Source of the DNA: Escherichia coli
GTDB lineage: Bacteria; Pseudomonadota; Gammaproteobacteria; Enterobacterales; Enterobacteriaceae
Strand: one strand, 5' to 3'
Assembly: GCF_003018255.1 (NCBI RefSeq)
Contig: NZ_CP027440.1
Length of the DNA: 64,000 nt
In this document: in pieces, positions 1-9,978 of the stretch
Numbering within the stretch: the first letter of the stretch is position 1
Layout of the letters: the number at the start of each line of letters is the position of its first letter
Translations under genes and position numbers: made by a program
Notes under the pieces: generated by a model
The model's input: the letters and a program-made list of their open reading frames with translations, nothing else
The model's database searches: none
What the model was told of the DNA's origin: nothing

Positions 1-113
1 CGGTCTACGTAGTCATGTCCGGGGAGATAAAGCTGGTCAGAAGGAATAGTCATACAACGGTGCTGTAAAAGGTTGTCGGCGTCTTTGCCAAGCAACTGCG
101 CAATATCTGTCAT
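1..113 (-). CDS. fbaB: Fructose-bisphosphate aldolase class I, N-terminal fragment (gene runs off the window start)
   Basis: Reverse complement of 1..113 translates MTDIAQLLGKDADNLLQHRCMTIPSDQLYLPGHDYVDR, which I recognise as the FbaB N-terminus; ATG is at complement 111..113. Confidence 0.8.
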   Translation of the reverse strand, partial: MTDIAQLLGKDADNLLQHRCMTIPSDQLYLPGHDYVD

Positions 114-369
114 TACTATGCTCCCGTAAATTCCGATTGGATATCGGCTATGGATTGTCCTGGCCCGCCTTTTGCGGGCAATCATAATCCTGGTCGTTAC
201 AGGCGAGTTTTTCCATCTTTTGGATGTTTTTTCAGCGTTTTCTGTTGGCTCGATTCATCAGAAAAAATGTTACCGCGGTCAAGTTTTCACCGCAAAGGTA
301 TTTAAAAGGTATTATTAAATGGTATTGTCATCGCGTACCTTACATTACCTGTCATGAAGGAATTAAAAG

Positions 370-1647
370 ATGAAAACAACAGCAAAGCTGTCGTTCATGA
401 TGTTTGTTGAATGGTTTATCTGGGGCGCGTGGTTTGTGCCATTGTGGTTGTGGTTAAGTAAAAGCGGTTTTAGTGCCGGAGAAATTGGCTGGTCGTATGC
501 CTGTACCGCCATTGCGGCGATCCTGTCGCCAATTCTGGTTGGCTCCATCACTGACCGCTTTTTCTCGGCGCAGAAAGTGCTGGCGGTATTGATGTTCGCT
601 GGTGCGGCGCTGATGTATTTCGCTGCGCAACAGACCACTTTTGCCGGGTTCTTCCCGTTACTGCTGGCCTACTCGCTAACCTATATGCCGACCATTGCGC
701 TGACTAACAGTATCGCTTTTGCCAACGTGCCGGATGTGGAGCGTGATTTCCCACGCATTCGTGTGATGGGCACTATCGGCTGGATTGCCTCCGGTCTGGC
801 ATGTGGATTTTTGCCGCAAATGCTGGGTTATGCCGATATCTCTCCGACTAACATCCCGCTGCTGATTACCGCCGGAAGTTCTGCTCTGCTCGGTGTGTTT
901 GCGTTTTTCCTGCCCGACACGCCGCCAAAAAGCACCGGCAAAATGGACATTAAAGTCATGCTCGGCCTGGATGCGCTGATCCTGCTGCGCGATAAAAACT
1001 TCCTCGTCTTTTTCTTCTGTTCATTCCTGTTTGCGATGCCACTGGCGTTCTATTACATCTTTGCCAACGGTTATCTGACAGAAGTCGGCATGAAAAACGC
1101 CACCGGCTGGATGACGCTCGGCCAGTTCTCTGAAATCTTCTTTATGCTGGCATTGCCGTTTTTCACTAAACGCTTTGGTATCAAAAAGGTATTGTTGCTT
1201 GGTCTGGTCACCGCTGCGATCCGCTATGGCTTCTTTATTTACGGTAGTGCGGATGAATATTTCACCTACGCGTTACTGTTCCTCGGCATTTTGCTGCACG
1301 GCGTCAGTTACGATTTTTACTACGTTACCGCTTACATCTATGTCGATAAAAAAGCCCCCGTGCATATGCGTACCGCCGCGCAGGGGCTGATCACGCTCTG
1401 CTGCCAGGGCTTCGGCAGTTTGCTCGGCTATCGTCTTGGCGGTGTGATGATGGAAAAGATGTTCGCTTATCAGGAACCGGTAAACGGACTGACTTTCAAC
1501 TGGTCCGGGATGTGGACTTTCGGCGCGGTGATGATTGCCATTATCGCCGTGCTGTTCATGATTTTTTTCCGCGAATCCGACAACGAAATTACGGCTATCA
1601 AGGTCGATGATCGCGATATTGCGTTGACACAAGGGGAAGTTAAATGA
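370..1647 (+). CDS. yegT: Nucleoside permease, NupG/XapB-like MFS transporter
   Basis: 425-aa ORF on the track, multi-pass hydrophobic, ATG at 370; position after fbaB matches K-12 yegT. Confidence 0.85.
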   Translation: MKTTAKLSFMMFVEWFIWGAWFVPLWLWLSKSGFSAGEIGWSYACTAIAAILSPILVGSITDRFFSAQKVLAVLMFAGAALMYFAAQQTTFAGFFPLLLAYSLTYMPTIALTNSIAFANVPDVERDFPRIRVMGTIGWIASGLACGFLPQMLGYADISPTNIPLLITAGSSALLGVFAFFLPDTPPKSTGKMDIKVMLGLDALILLRDKNFLVFFFCSFLFAMPLAFYYIFANGYLTEVGMKNATGWMTLGQFSEIFFMLALPFFTKRFGIKKVLLLGLVTAAIRYGFFIYGSADEYFTYALLFLGILLHGVSYDFYYVTAYIYVDKKAPVHMRTAAQGLITLCCQGFGSLLGYRLGGVMMEKMFAYQEPVNGLTFNWSGMWTFGAVMIAIIAVLFMIFFRESDNEITAIKVDDRDIALTQGEVK

Positions 1648-2648
1648 AAACAGAACGTATTCTCGGTGCTCTTTATGGGCAGGCGTTAGGGGATGCGATG
1701 GGGATGCCCTCCGAGCTTTGGCCGCGCAGTCGCGTCAAAGCACACTTTGGCTGGATTGACCGTTTTCTGCCTGGGCCAAAGGAGAATAACGCAGCCTGTT
1801 ATTTTAACCGCGCCGAATTCACCGACGATACCTCGATGGCGCTGTGTCTGGCGGATGCGTTACTGGAACGTGAAGGCAAGATCGATCCGGATCTGATTGG
1901 GCGTAATATTCTCGACTGGGCGCTGCGTTTCGACGCCTTTAACAAAAACGTACTAGGTCCGACCTCGAAGATTGCTCTCAACGCCATTCGCGACGGTAAA
2001 CCCGTTGCTGAACTGGAAAACAACGGCGTGACCAACGGCGCAGCGATGCGCGTCTCGCCATTAGGTTGTTTGCTTCCGGCGCGTGATGTTGATTCCTTTA
2101 TTGATGATGTGGCGCTGGCCTCCAGCCCGACACATAAATCCGATCTGGCGGTTGCGGGGGCGGTAGTCATCGCATGGGCGATTTCTCGTGCCATTGACGG
2201 AGAAAGCTGGTCAGCGATTGTTGATTCACTGCCTTCAATTGCGCGACATGCTCAACAAAAACGCATCACTACCTTCAGCGCCTCACTGGCAGCACGTCTG
2301 GAGATTGCGCTGAAAATTGTGCGCAATGCCGACGGCACCGAATCCGCCAGCGAACAGCTTTACCAGGTCGTTGGCGCAGGTACCAGCACTATTGAGTCCG
2401 TTCCGTGCGCCATTGCGCTGGTTGAACTGGCACAAACCGACCCGAACCGTTGCGCCGTCCTGTGCGCTAACCTTGGCGGCGACACAGACACCATCGGTGC
2501 TATGGCGACGGCAATTTGCGGCGCGTTGCATGGCGTTAATACTATCGATCCTGCGTTAAAGGCGGAACTGGATACAGTAAATCAGCTTGATTTCAACCGC
2601 TATGCCACGGCGCTGGCGAAGTATCGCCAACAACGGGAGGCGATATGA
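1644..2648 (+). CDS. yegU: ADP-ribosylglycohydrolase family protein
   Basis: 334-aa ORF; start overlaps the yegT stop by 4 nt (ATGA), suggesting translational coupling; position matches K-12 yegU. Confidence 0.8.
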   Translation: MKTERILGALYGQALGDAMGMPSELWPRSRVKAHFGWIDRFLPGPKENNAACYFNRAEFTDDTSMALCLADALLEREGKIDPDLIGRNILDWALRFDAFNKNVLGPTSKIALNAIRDGKPVAELENNGVTNGAAMRVSPLGCLLPARDVDSFIDDVALASSPTHKSDLAVAGAVVIAWAISRAIDGESWSAIVDSLPSIARHAQQKRITTFSASLAARLEIALKIVRNADGTESASEQLYQVVGAGTSTIESVPCAIALVELAQTDPNRCAVLCANLGGDTDTIGAMATAICGALHGVNTIDPALKAELDTVNQLDFNRYATALAKYRQQREAI

Positions 2649-3610
2649 GCGGCGCTCGATTACACACGCTGCTGCCTGAATTAACCTCGCGTCAGCCAGT
2701 TATGGTGATTGGCGCGGCGGTCATTGATGTGATCGCCGACGCTTATGCCCTCCCCTGGCGTGGGTGCGATATCGAACTGAAACAGCAGAGCGTTAACGTT
2801 GGCGGCTGTGCACTGAATATTGCCGTGGCATTAAAGCGCCTCGGCATCGAAGCGGGTAATGCCTTGCCGCTCGGTCAGGGGGTGTGGGCGGAGATTATTC
2901 GCAACCGGATGGCAAAAGAGGACTTAATCAGCCTGATCGATAACGCCGAAGGTGATAACGGCTGGTGTCTGGCGCTGGTTGAGCCTGATGGCGAACGCAC
3001 TTTTATGTCATTCAGCGGTGTGGAAAATCAGTGGAATCGCCAGTGGCTGGCGCGATTAACCGTTGCGCCTGGCAGCCTGCTCTATTTTTCCGGTTATCAA
3101 CTGGCCTCGCCCTGCGGCGAATTGTTAGTGGAATGGCTGGAAAAGCTGCAAGACGTGACGCCGTTTATCGATTTTGGCCCACGTATTGGCGATATCCCGG
3201 ATGCATTACTGGCGCGGATCATGGCCTGTCGACCTTTAGTGTCACTCAATCGTCAAGAGGCTGAGATTGCCGCCGAACGTTTTGCTTTATCCGCAGAGAT
3301 AACAACACTTGGCAAGCAATGGCAGGAGAAATTTGCCGCGCCGTTGATCGTTCGTCTCGATAAAGAGGGCGCATGGTATTTCAGCAACGACGCTTCTGGC
3401 TGCATTCCGGCATTTCCAACGCAAGTTGTAGACACCATTGGGGCGGGCGACAGTCATGCCGGTGGCGTACTTGCCGGGCTGGCCTCTGGTCTGCCACTGG
3501 CGGATGCCGTATTACTGGGCAATGCAGTGGCGTCGTGGGTTGTCGGGCATCGGGGCGGTGATTGTGCGCCAACGCGCGAGGAACTACTCCTCGCACACAA
3601 AAACGTATAG
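2645..3610 (+). CDS. yegV: PfkB/ribokinase-family sugar or nucleoside kinase
   Basis: 321-aa ORF with the PfkB-type motif DTIGAGDSHAGG near the C-terminus; 4-nt overlap with the yegU stop. Confidence 0.8.
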   Translation: MSGARLHTLLPELTSRQPVMVIGAAVIDVIADAYALPWRGCDIELKQQSVNVGGCALNIAVALKRLGIEAGNALPLGQGVWAEIIRNRMAKEDLISLIDNAEGDNGWCLALVEPDGERTFMSFSGVENQWNRQWLARLTVAPGSLLYFSGYQLASPCGELLVEWLEKLQDVTPFIDFGPRIGDIPDALLARIMACRPLVSLNRQEAEIAAERFALSAEITTLGKQWQEKFAAPLIVRLDKEGAWYFSNDASGCIPAFPTQVVDTIGAGDSHAGGVLAGLASGLPLADAVLLGNAVASWVVGHRGGDCAPTREELLLAHKNV

Positions 3611-4330
3611 ATCGCTGCGACAGTGGCTGATGCTGTACTCAATAGGCCGTTGCTGTTGGTCAAGCGCCACTTGCTTGATCACCAGCACCGGTATTTTGCT
3701 ATCTAACTGAATATGTGACTGAAACTCGGCATCCGGCATCCGGGCGCTAACGCGGGAACGCGTACGTTGTGGGTAAATGTGCTGGCTGCGGAAGTAGTCA
3801 TAAAGAGAAATCCCGATGGCATCAACATCATGAATTAAATGTGCCGGAACCCACGATTCCTCAATCGATACCGCCTCTTCATCGACATAGCGAATACGCT
3901 TAAGCAAAAAGACATCACTTCCCGCTTCGACCGCCAGCTGCTGCGCGACTTCTTCGGGACATTTCACGACACGCTTGTTAACCCATAACGTATCGGGCTT
4001 TTTCCCGCGCAATACCACCTGCTGAGAAAACCCCCGCGCTTCTTTCAGCGAGTATTCGAAGATGTTGTTGATCTGCGTGCCGTAACCACGCGAACGCGTC
4101 ACCACGCCCTCTTCTTCCAGCGACTGCATCGCCTTGCGCACCGTAATGCGCGAAACGCCGGTTAACTGACTTAAATCACGCTCACCGGGCAAAATATTGC
4201 CATGCTCCAGCACCCCGCTGCGCACGGCATTTTTTACCGTTTCGGCAAACTTAATATAAAGCGGCGTGTTATCCGCCGCTAAAATACGCTCGTTCAGTTG
4301 GGCAATCAGCTGGGTATGCGCTTGTTCCAT
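3584..4330 (-). CDS. yegW: GntR/HutC-family transcriptional regulator
   Basis: 248-aa ORF with an N-terminal winged-HTH region (LPGERDLSQLTGVSRITVRKAMQSL) and a UTRA-like C-terminal half; 3' end overlaps yegV convergently by 27 bp. Confidence 0.8.
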   Translation of the reverse strand: MEQAHTQLIAQLNERILAADNTPLYIKFAETVKNAVRSGVLEHGNILPGERDLSQLTGVSRITVRKAMQSLEEEGVVTRSRGYGTQINNIFEYSLKEARGFSQQVVLRGKKPDTLWVNKRVVKCPEEVAQQLAVEAGSDVFLLKRIRYVDEEAVSIEESWVPAHLIHDVDAIGISLYDYFRSQHIYPQRTRSRVSARMPDAEFQSHIQLDSKIPVLVIKQVALDQQQRPIEYSISHCRSDLYVFVCEE

Positions 4331-4381
4331 TTGTCTTTTTCCTGCCGGGGAATCTGGTGGGAGTATATCACTGCTTCTTAT

Positions 4382-5200
4382 TTAAGGCGTTTCTTTAATC
4401 CCATCAACGAATGCCTGCAACTCCTCCACCGTGCCATTAAACACATTAAAATCCACCGGACCATTAATGCCATCGACCTGTCCACGGTCGGAATGCTGCC
4501 AGAAGCGCCAGGCCATGCCGTCATTGTCCGGGCGACGTTGATAATAGTGAGCCACCCACCACGGATATTCATTGAAATAGCCCGCCAGATTGGTGTGATA
4601 AAAAACGGCTCCTGAGTAAATAATTGGCTTTTTACCCGTACGTTTTTCGACCATTTTTAGCCACTGACTTACCCGCTTGCGTAATTCTTTTGCCGATAAT
4701 TTTCCCCGTTCTTCTACGTCCAGCACGGCAGGGAAATCGCCTTGTGAGAAATCCACCGTTTGCAGAAATAATCTCGCCTGAACTGAAGCAGATACCGACG
4801 GGGAAAAATAATGATACGCCCCGCGCAGCAGGCCATTTTCGCGGCTTAGTTGCCAGTTACGCGAAAAATAGGGGTCCACCAGCTTTTCGCCTTCCGTCGC
4901 CTTAATAAAAGCAAACTGTAAGCGGATACCGTTGTCGCGCATTTTTGCCACACGCTGCCAGTCGATCCGCTCCTGCCAGCGTGAAACATCTATTCCGTGA
5001 ATGGTGTAACTGGCAGGAATGCGAATAGCGAAAGATTTAACCGGGCGATAACCGTAGAAGTGGATGTAGTCTTTAATCTGAATTGCTGTCGAATAGAAAA
5101 AATTCACCGTCTGACGCGGATAAATTGCAACGATGGAAATTAGCCCAAGAGCGCATAATAAAACGGTGAATTTTTTTCGACTGGTGATTCTCAACTGCAT
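4382..5200 (-). CDS. yegX: Membrane-anchored glycoside hydrolase family 25 (lysozyme-like) protein
   Basis: ORF 4382..5209; start set at the internal Met (MQLRITS...) to give 272 aa, matching my recollection of K-12 YegX; N-terminal TM segment. Confidence 0.65.
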   Translation of the reverse strand: MQLRITSRKKFTVLLCALGLISIVAIYPRQTVNFFYSTAIQIKDYIHFYGYRPVKSFAIRIPASYTIHGIDVSRWQERIDWQRVAKMRDNGIRLQFAFIKATEGEKLVDPYFSRNWQLSRENGLLRGAYHYFSPSVSASVQARLFLQTVDFSQGDFPAVLDVEERGKLSAKELRKRVSQWLKMVEKRTGKKPIIYSGAVFYHTNLAGYFNEYPWWVAHYYQRRPDNDGMAWRFWQHSDRGQVDGINGPVDFNVFNGTVEELQAFVDGIKETP

Positions 5201-5264
5201 TGGTTTCATCCCTGAATGTCAGCACCAAAGGCTGACAATAACCAAAGCAGCTATAGTACGGTGC

Positions 5265-6065
5265 TCACCACCAGGCGTGGAAGTGGTGAACCGGACCAAT
5301 ACCGTGACCAACTTCCAGCGTGTCGGCCTGGGCTAATGCCGATGAAAGCCAGCTTTTTGCCTCCTGTACGGTGTCAGCCCAGTTTGTATGGCGCGGGCGT
5401 AGTGCAGCCAACGCCGCAGAGAGCGTACAACCAGTGCCGTGGGTGTTTTTGGTCATAATGCGCGGTGCAGTAAATCGTTGTTCCCCCTCACGAGTAAACA
5501 GCCAGTCCGGGCTTTGCTCATCATCCAGATGACCACCTTTCATTAGCACTGCGCCACAGCCCATCACCAACAGCGATCGCCCTTGTTCCAGCATTTCCTG
5601 TTCGGTGCGCGCGTGTGGCGCGTCGAGCAAGGCGGCTGCTTCGGGCAAGTTTGGCGTTATTAATGAAACATGTGGCAATAATCGACTGCGCAGCGTAGCA
5701 ACCGCCGAAGGTGAAAGCAGCGGGTCGCCGCTTTTTGCCAGCATAACGGTGTCGAGTACCACGTTTTGGATCTGATAACGTTGCAACCGTTCTGCCACCG
5801 CTTCAACAATATCGGTTTCCGCCAACATACCGATTTTAGTGGTGTCGATTCGCACATCACTGAACACCGAATCGAGCTGGGCGGCGACAAAATCAGGCTC
5901 AATGCGATACACCGACTGTACACCACGGGTATTTTGCGCCACCAGTGCAGTAATAACTGAGCAACCATAAGCGCCAAGTGCCGAGAAGGTTTTAAGATCG
6001 GCCTGAATCCCCGCACCACCACTCGGATCAGTACCGGCAATCGTCAGAGCGTTAATTCGTTTCAT
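5265..6065 (-). CDS. thiD: Hydroxymethylpyrimidine/phosphomethylpyrimidine kinase
   Basis: 266-aa ORF starting [27 protein letters not shown], a typical ThiD N-terminus; overlaps thiM by 4 nt. Confidence 0.9.
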   Translation of the reverse strand: MKRINALTIAGTDPSGGAGIQADLKTFSALGAYGCSVITALVAQNTRGVQSVYRIEPDFVAAQLDSVFSDVRIDTTKIGMLAETDIVEAVAERLQRYQIQNVVLDTVMLAKSGDPLLSPSAVATLRSRLLPHVSLITPNLPEAAALLDAPHARTEQEMLEQGRSLLVMGCGAVLMKGGHLDDEQSPDWLFTREGEQRFTAPRIMTKNTHGTGCTLSAALAALRPRHTNWADTVQEAKSWLSSALAQADTLEVGHGIGPVHHFHAWW

Positions 6066-6850
6066 GCCTGCACCTCCTGCGTCAATTGCCAGAGCGCATC
6101 AAGGAAATGTGGAACAAAACTGCCTGGCCCCTCGCTTCTGGCAACTGCGCGTTCTCCGGCTTGTTTCATCCAGTGACAGGCAGATGCGATATTTTCCAGC
6201 GTATCGCCTGGTAGCGCACAACAGGCAGCGACAACCGCCGATAGTGCACAGCCAGTTCCTACCACTTTGGCCATTAGCGGATCGCCACCGTGAATGCCAA
6301 CGGTGCGACGACCATCGGTAACATAATCCACCTCGCCAGTGACCACGACGATTGCGCCAGTTTCCCGTGCCAGTGTTTGTGCAGCGGGTATCGCATTAGC
6401 TGCGGCGTCAGTGGTATCCACTCCCCGTCCACCATTAGCAACGCCAGCTAATGCCATGATTTCCGAAGCATTACCACGTATGGCGGTTGGCTTATGGGAC
6501 AGAAGTTCCACACAAAAACGGCGGCGATAATCGAGCGCACCAACCGCAACCGGATCAAGCGTCCAGGGCGTTTGTGATCGTGTTGCTTGCTCAACGGCAG
6601 CACTCATCGCTTGCGCTCGTGGCTGCGTCAGTGTGCCAACGTTAATCAGCAACGCACTGGCGATAGCCGCAAACTGACTGGCTTCTTCGGTTTCGATAAC
6701 CATCGCTGGCGATGCACCGAGCGCCAGCAAGGTATTGGCAGTAAAGGTTTGCACCACATCGTTGGTCATACAGTGCACAAGAGGGGAATGTTGGTGAAAA
6801 AGGTGTAACGCGTGCGCAGATTGCGCTGAACTCAGCAGGTCGACTTGCAT
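6062..6850 (-). CDS. thiM: Hydroxyethylthiazole kinase
   Basis: 262-aa ORF directly downstream of a TPP riboswitch and upstream of thiD. Confidence 0.9.
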   Translation of the reverse strand: MQVDLLSSAQSAHALHLFHQHSPLVHCMTNDVVQTFTANTLLALGASPAMVIETEEASQFAAIASALLINVGTLTQPRAQAMSAAVEQATRSQTPWTLDPVAVGALDYRRRFCVELLSHKPTAIRGNASEIMALAGVANGGRGVDTTDAAANAIPAAQTLARETGAIVVVTGEVDYVTDGRRTVGIHGGDPLMAKVVGTGCALSAVVAACCALPGDTLENIASACHWMKQAGERAVARSEGPGSFVPHFLDALWQLTQEVQA

Positions 6851-6852
6851 AG

Positions 6853-6985
6853 TTTGCTCCTGCCATAACGTGAAGAAGCAATGACCTGGTGGTCCGTGAC
6901 TTCCCTACGCTGGCATTATCCAGATCAGGTGATACGGGTATTTCTCAGCCTTCACAAAGAAGGGCACCCCGAGTCGTTTGGTTGC
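6853..6985 (-). promoter_or_regulatory. TPP (THI-box) riboswitch in the thiM leader
   Basis: Minus-strand sequence contains CTGAGAAATACCCGTATCACCTGATCTGGATAATGCCAGCGTAGGGAAGTCACGG, which matches the classical E. coli thiM TPP aptamer, immediately 5' of thiM. Confidence 0.85.
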
Positions 6986-7072
6986 GATAATAAATCGCAG
7001 AGGAGGATGGTAATGTCCAGCGCACGCGTTGTAAACGGGGAAAAACGGCGGTATTACAATCGCGTTAATAAA

Positions 7073-7345
7073 TTATTTGATATAAGAATCCAGCACCTTC
7101 AGAACGACATCCAGATCTTCTTCACGTTTTAGCTCATCCCCCTGGTGAACGATGTGTTCCGTCAGATGGCCTTTAATCACTTCCCGCATCAGACCGTTTA
7201 CCGCGCCACGGATAGCAGCAATCTGTTGTAAAACTGCAGCGCATTCATGCGGTTCGTCGAGCATTTTCTTGAGCGCCACGACCTGGCCCTGAATCTTACT
7301 GGCACGCGCTTTCAGTTTCTGTTTATCACGGATTGTATGAGACAT
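7073..7345 (-). CDS. rcnR: Ni/Co-responsive transcriptional repressor (CsoR/RcnR family)
   Basis: 90-aa ORF divergent from rcnA; the intergenic region carries RcnR operator motifs. Confidence 0.85.
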
Positions 7346-7393
7346 GGCAACACCTGGTTAACAAGAATATGAAAAATCATAGCACTATTAATC

Positions 7394-7428
7394 TACTGGG
7401 GGGTAGTATAAGGTACTGGGGGGGAGTA
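7394..7428. promoter_or_regulatory. Two RcnR operator sites (TACT-G6-N-AGTA)
   Basis: tactggggggtagta and tactgggggggagta are read directly in the rcnR-rcnA intergenic region. Confidence 0.8.
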
Positions 7429-7465
7429 GAATCAGATTGCCGAATTAATACTAAGAATTATTATC

Positions 7466-8290
7466 ATGACCGAATTTACAACACTTCTTCAGCAAGGAAA
7501 CGCCTGGTTCTTCATCCCCAGCGCCATCTTACTTGGTGCGCTTCATGGCCTGGAACCGGGGCACTCAAAAACGATGATGGCGGCGTTTATCATCGCCATC
7601 AAAGGCACCATTAAACAGGCGGTGATGCTCGGACTGGCAGCAACTATTTCGCATACCGCAGTGGTCTGGTTAATTGCCTTTGGCGGGATGGTGATCAGCA
7701 AACGCTTTACTGCTCAATCAGCAGAACCGTGGCTCCAGTTGATTTCCGCAGTGATCATTATTAGCACCGCGTTCTGGATGTTCTGGCGTACCTGGCGCGG
7801 CGAACGCAACTGGCTGGAGAATATGCACGAGCATGATCATGAGCATCATCACCACGATCACGAAGATCACCACGACCATGGACATCATCACCATCACGAA
7901 CATGGCGAGTATCAGGATGCCCATGCACGAGCCCATGCCAATGACATTAAACGACGCTTTGATGGTAGAGAGGTCACCAACTGGCAAATTTTGCTATTTG
8001 GCTTAACCGGTGGCCTTATCCCCTGCCCGGCAGCAATTACCGTGCTGTTGATTTGCATTCAGTTGAAAGCCCTGACACTGGGCGCAACACTGGTCGTCAG
8101 TTTCAGCCTCGGCCTGGCGTTAACGCTTGTCACCGTAGGCGTTGGCGCAGCAATCAGCGTTCAGCAGGTCGCAAAACGCTGGAGCGGATTTAACACTCTC
8201 GCTAAACGCGCTCCCTATTTTTCCAGTCTGTTGATTGGCTTAGTTGGTGTGTATATGGGCGTACATGGCTTCATGGGCATAATGCGATAA
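7466..8290 (+). CDS. rcnA: Nickel/cobalt efflux permease
   Basis: 274-aa membrane protein with a His/Asp/Glu-rich loop (HEHDHEHHHHDHEDHHDHGHHHHHEHGE). Confidence 0.9.
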   Translation: MTEFTTLLQQGNAWFFIPSAILLGALHGLEPGHSKTMMAAFIIAIKGTIKQAVMLGLAATISHTAVVWLIAFGGMVISKRFTAQSAEPWLQLISAVIIISTAFWMFWRTWRGERNWLENMHEHDHEHHHHDHEDHHDHGHHHHHEHGEYQDAHARAHANDIKRRFDGREVTNWQILLFGLTGGLIPCPAAITVLLICIQLKALTLGATLVVSFSLGLALTLVTVGVGAAISVQQVAKRWSGFNTLAKRAPYFSSLLIGLVGVYMGVHGFMGIMR

Positions 8291-8508
8291 CTCAATCCTT
8301 TAGGCTTGCATGTTATCTTCAGCCCAGGATGATTCTTAAATCAGCTATTTCCGCTGACTCTCTGCTCGCTAAGGATGCTTTTAGGGCATCCTTTCATTTA
8401 CACTTTTTACGAAATCATGGGATCACTAACAAAATATCGCTTGTCAGTTATATTGTATGGCAGGAAAGATATGCGACTGATATTACAGATCCCCAAAGTG
8501 GAGAGTTT

Positions 8509-8847
8509 ATGACCATTAAAAATAAGATGTTGCTGGGTGCGCTTTTGCTGGTTACCAGTGCCGCCTGGGCCGCACCAGCCACCGCGGGTTCGACCAATAC
8601 CTCGGGAATTTCTAAGTATGAGTTAAGCAGTTTCATTGCTGACTTTAAGCATTTCAAACCAGGTGACACCGTCCCAGAGATGTACCGCACCGATGAGTAC
8701 AACATTAAGCAGTGGCAGTTACGTAACCTGCCCGCGCCTGATGCCGGGACGCACTGGACCTATATGGGTGGCGCGTACGTGTTGATCAGCGACACCGACG
8801 GTAAAATCATTAAAGCCTACGACGGTGAGATTTTTTATCATCGCTAA
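8509..8847 (+). CDS. rcnB: Periplasmic Ni/Co homeostasis protein
   Basis: Start set at the internal Met (MTIKNKMLLGALLLVTSAAWA signal peptide) within ORF 8329..8847, giving 112 aa; GGAGA-like RBS upstream. Confidence 0.75.
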   Translation: MTIKNKMLLGALLLVTSAAWAAPATAGSTNTSGISKYELSSFIADFKHFKPGDTVPEMYRTDEYNIKQWQLRNLPAPDAGTHWTYMGGAYVLISDTDGKIIKAYDGEIFYHR

Positions 8848-8928
8848 AAAAAAGCCCCCTCGGAGAGAGGGGGGAATGCAGACACCTTAATATTTTTATT
8901 ATTAGCCACTTGCTCGTCTTGCTTGTTA

Positions 8929-9963
8929 TTAGTCGTATTTCACGTTGATTAATGCGGTTGCCTCCAGTGCGCCAGATTTAACTTTGTTTGTATCGTAGAC
9001 GTAGTAACTGGCCGTTATCGGAATTGAAACCGTTGTATCTGTAAGTTTTGACTTTGCCGCAATTTCTTTTAAATTTGTATATCCTTTACTGCTGTTAGTG
9101 ATATTTAAAAGTGTGACTGGCGTACCATTACTTTCAAGAATAAATCCTACGCCATTATCTTCCGCACCTTTCAGGATCGTGTTGCTGTTGGTTAACAAGT
9201 CAGAACTTGATAAATACACCTGCATTTTCCGTGATGTTTGATTTTGTTGACCTAATAAATTTTTACAACGCAGAATAATATCCCCTTTTTTACTATTTAT
9301 TGTTGTTTTGTTACCTGTGGCTGGTAATTGTGAAACGGGAATACTCTCTAACGTAATTAATAAATCGTCCGGTTTGCAGGTTGTGGTTATCGGGTTGTAT
9401 GACAATGTCAGATTAAAGGAATAGACACCTGCATTTTGTGCCAATGCATTTCTGTAGCTATTTACACATGCATCCCATGACTTACCACCTAATAAACACA
9501 GTAGAAATTGTACTGCGGCACTCCCGCGTGTCGATGATGAAGCACTGGATAATGTCGCAACTCCATTAATCATCACTGAACCACCGCCCCCCGCAGAAAC
9601 ATTCACTTTTGCATTACTGGCCGCAGGTGTCACCGTCACCGAATAACCACTGGTGAAACTGGTCTGATTATTTGACAACGTAATGTTGTTTTTATTGGTC
9701 CATTCAAAATGTAAATTTAATTTAATGGTATCGTTATAAAGTCCAACAATAATATCCGACGGGCTCATAGGTGTGATAGTATTTGTACTCACGCATGACG
9801 AATCATTAAAATTATGCTCATATGTCGCCATTTGTGTTTGAGTAAGTGCAAAATCCCCCTGAACAACCAAATTGTGCTGAACAGATAACTCACTATAACA
9901 TGCCGCATAGCTCACAGGCATAACCATCATCATTACTATAAATAGCATTATGCGAATTTCCAT
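8929..9963 (-). CDS. yehA: Fimbrial subunit or tip adhesin of the yeh chaperone-usher operon
   Basis: 344-aa ORF with signal peptide, Ser/Thr/Asn-rich; last gene of the yehD-C-B-A operon. Confidence 0.75.
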   Translation of the reverse strand: MEIRIMLFIVMMMVMPVSYAACYSELSVQHNLVVQGDFALTQTQMATYEHNFNDSSCVSTNTITPMSPSDIIVGLYNDTIKLNLHFEWTNKNNITLSNNQTSFTSGYSVTVTPAASNAKVNVSAGGGGSVMINGVATLSSASSSTRGSAAVQFLLCLLGGKSWDACVNSYRNALAQNAGVYSFNLTLSYNPITTTCKPDDLLITLESIPVSQLPATGNKTTINSKKGDIILRCKNLLGQQNQTSRKMQVYLSSSDLLTNSNTILKGAEDNGVGFILESNGTPVTLLNITNSSKGYTNLKEIAAKSKLTDTTVSIPITASYYVYDTNKVKSGALEATALINVKYD

Positions 9964-9978
9964 AGAACCACCTGACTA

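Noticed and set aside
7718-7987. 89-aa minus-strand ORF overlapping the rcnA His-rich region, and possible CRISPR-like short repeats there
   Set aside because: The repetitiveness comes from His and Asp codons of the RcnA metal-binding loop. There are no regularly spaced direct repeats with unique spacers and no cas genes, and the antisense ORF is a Met/Val-rich artefact.
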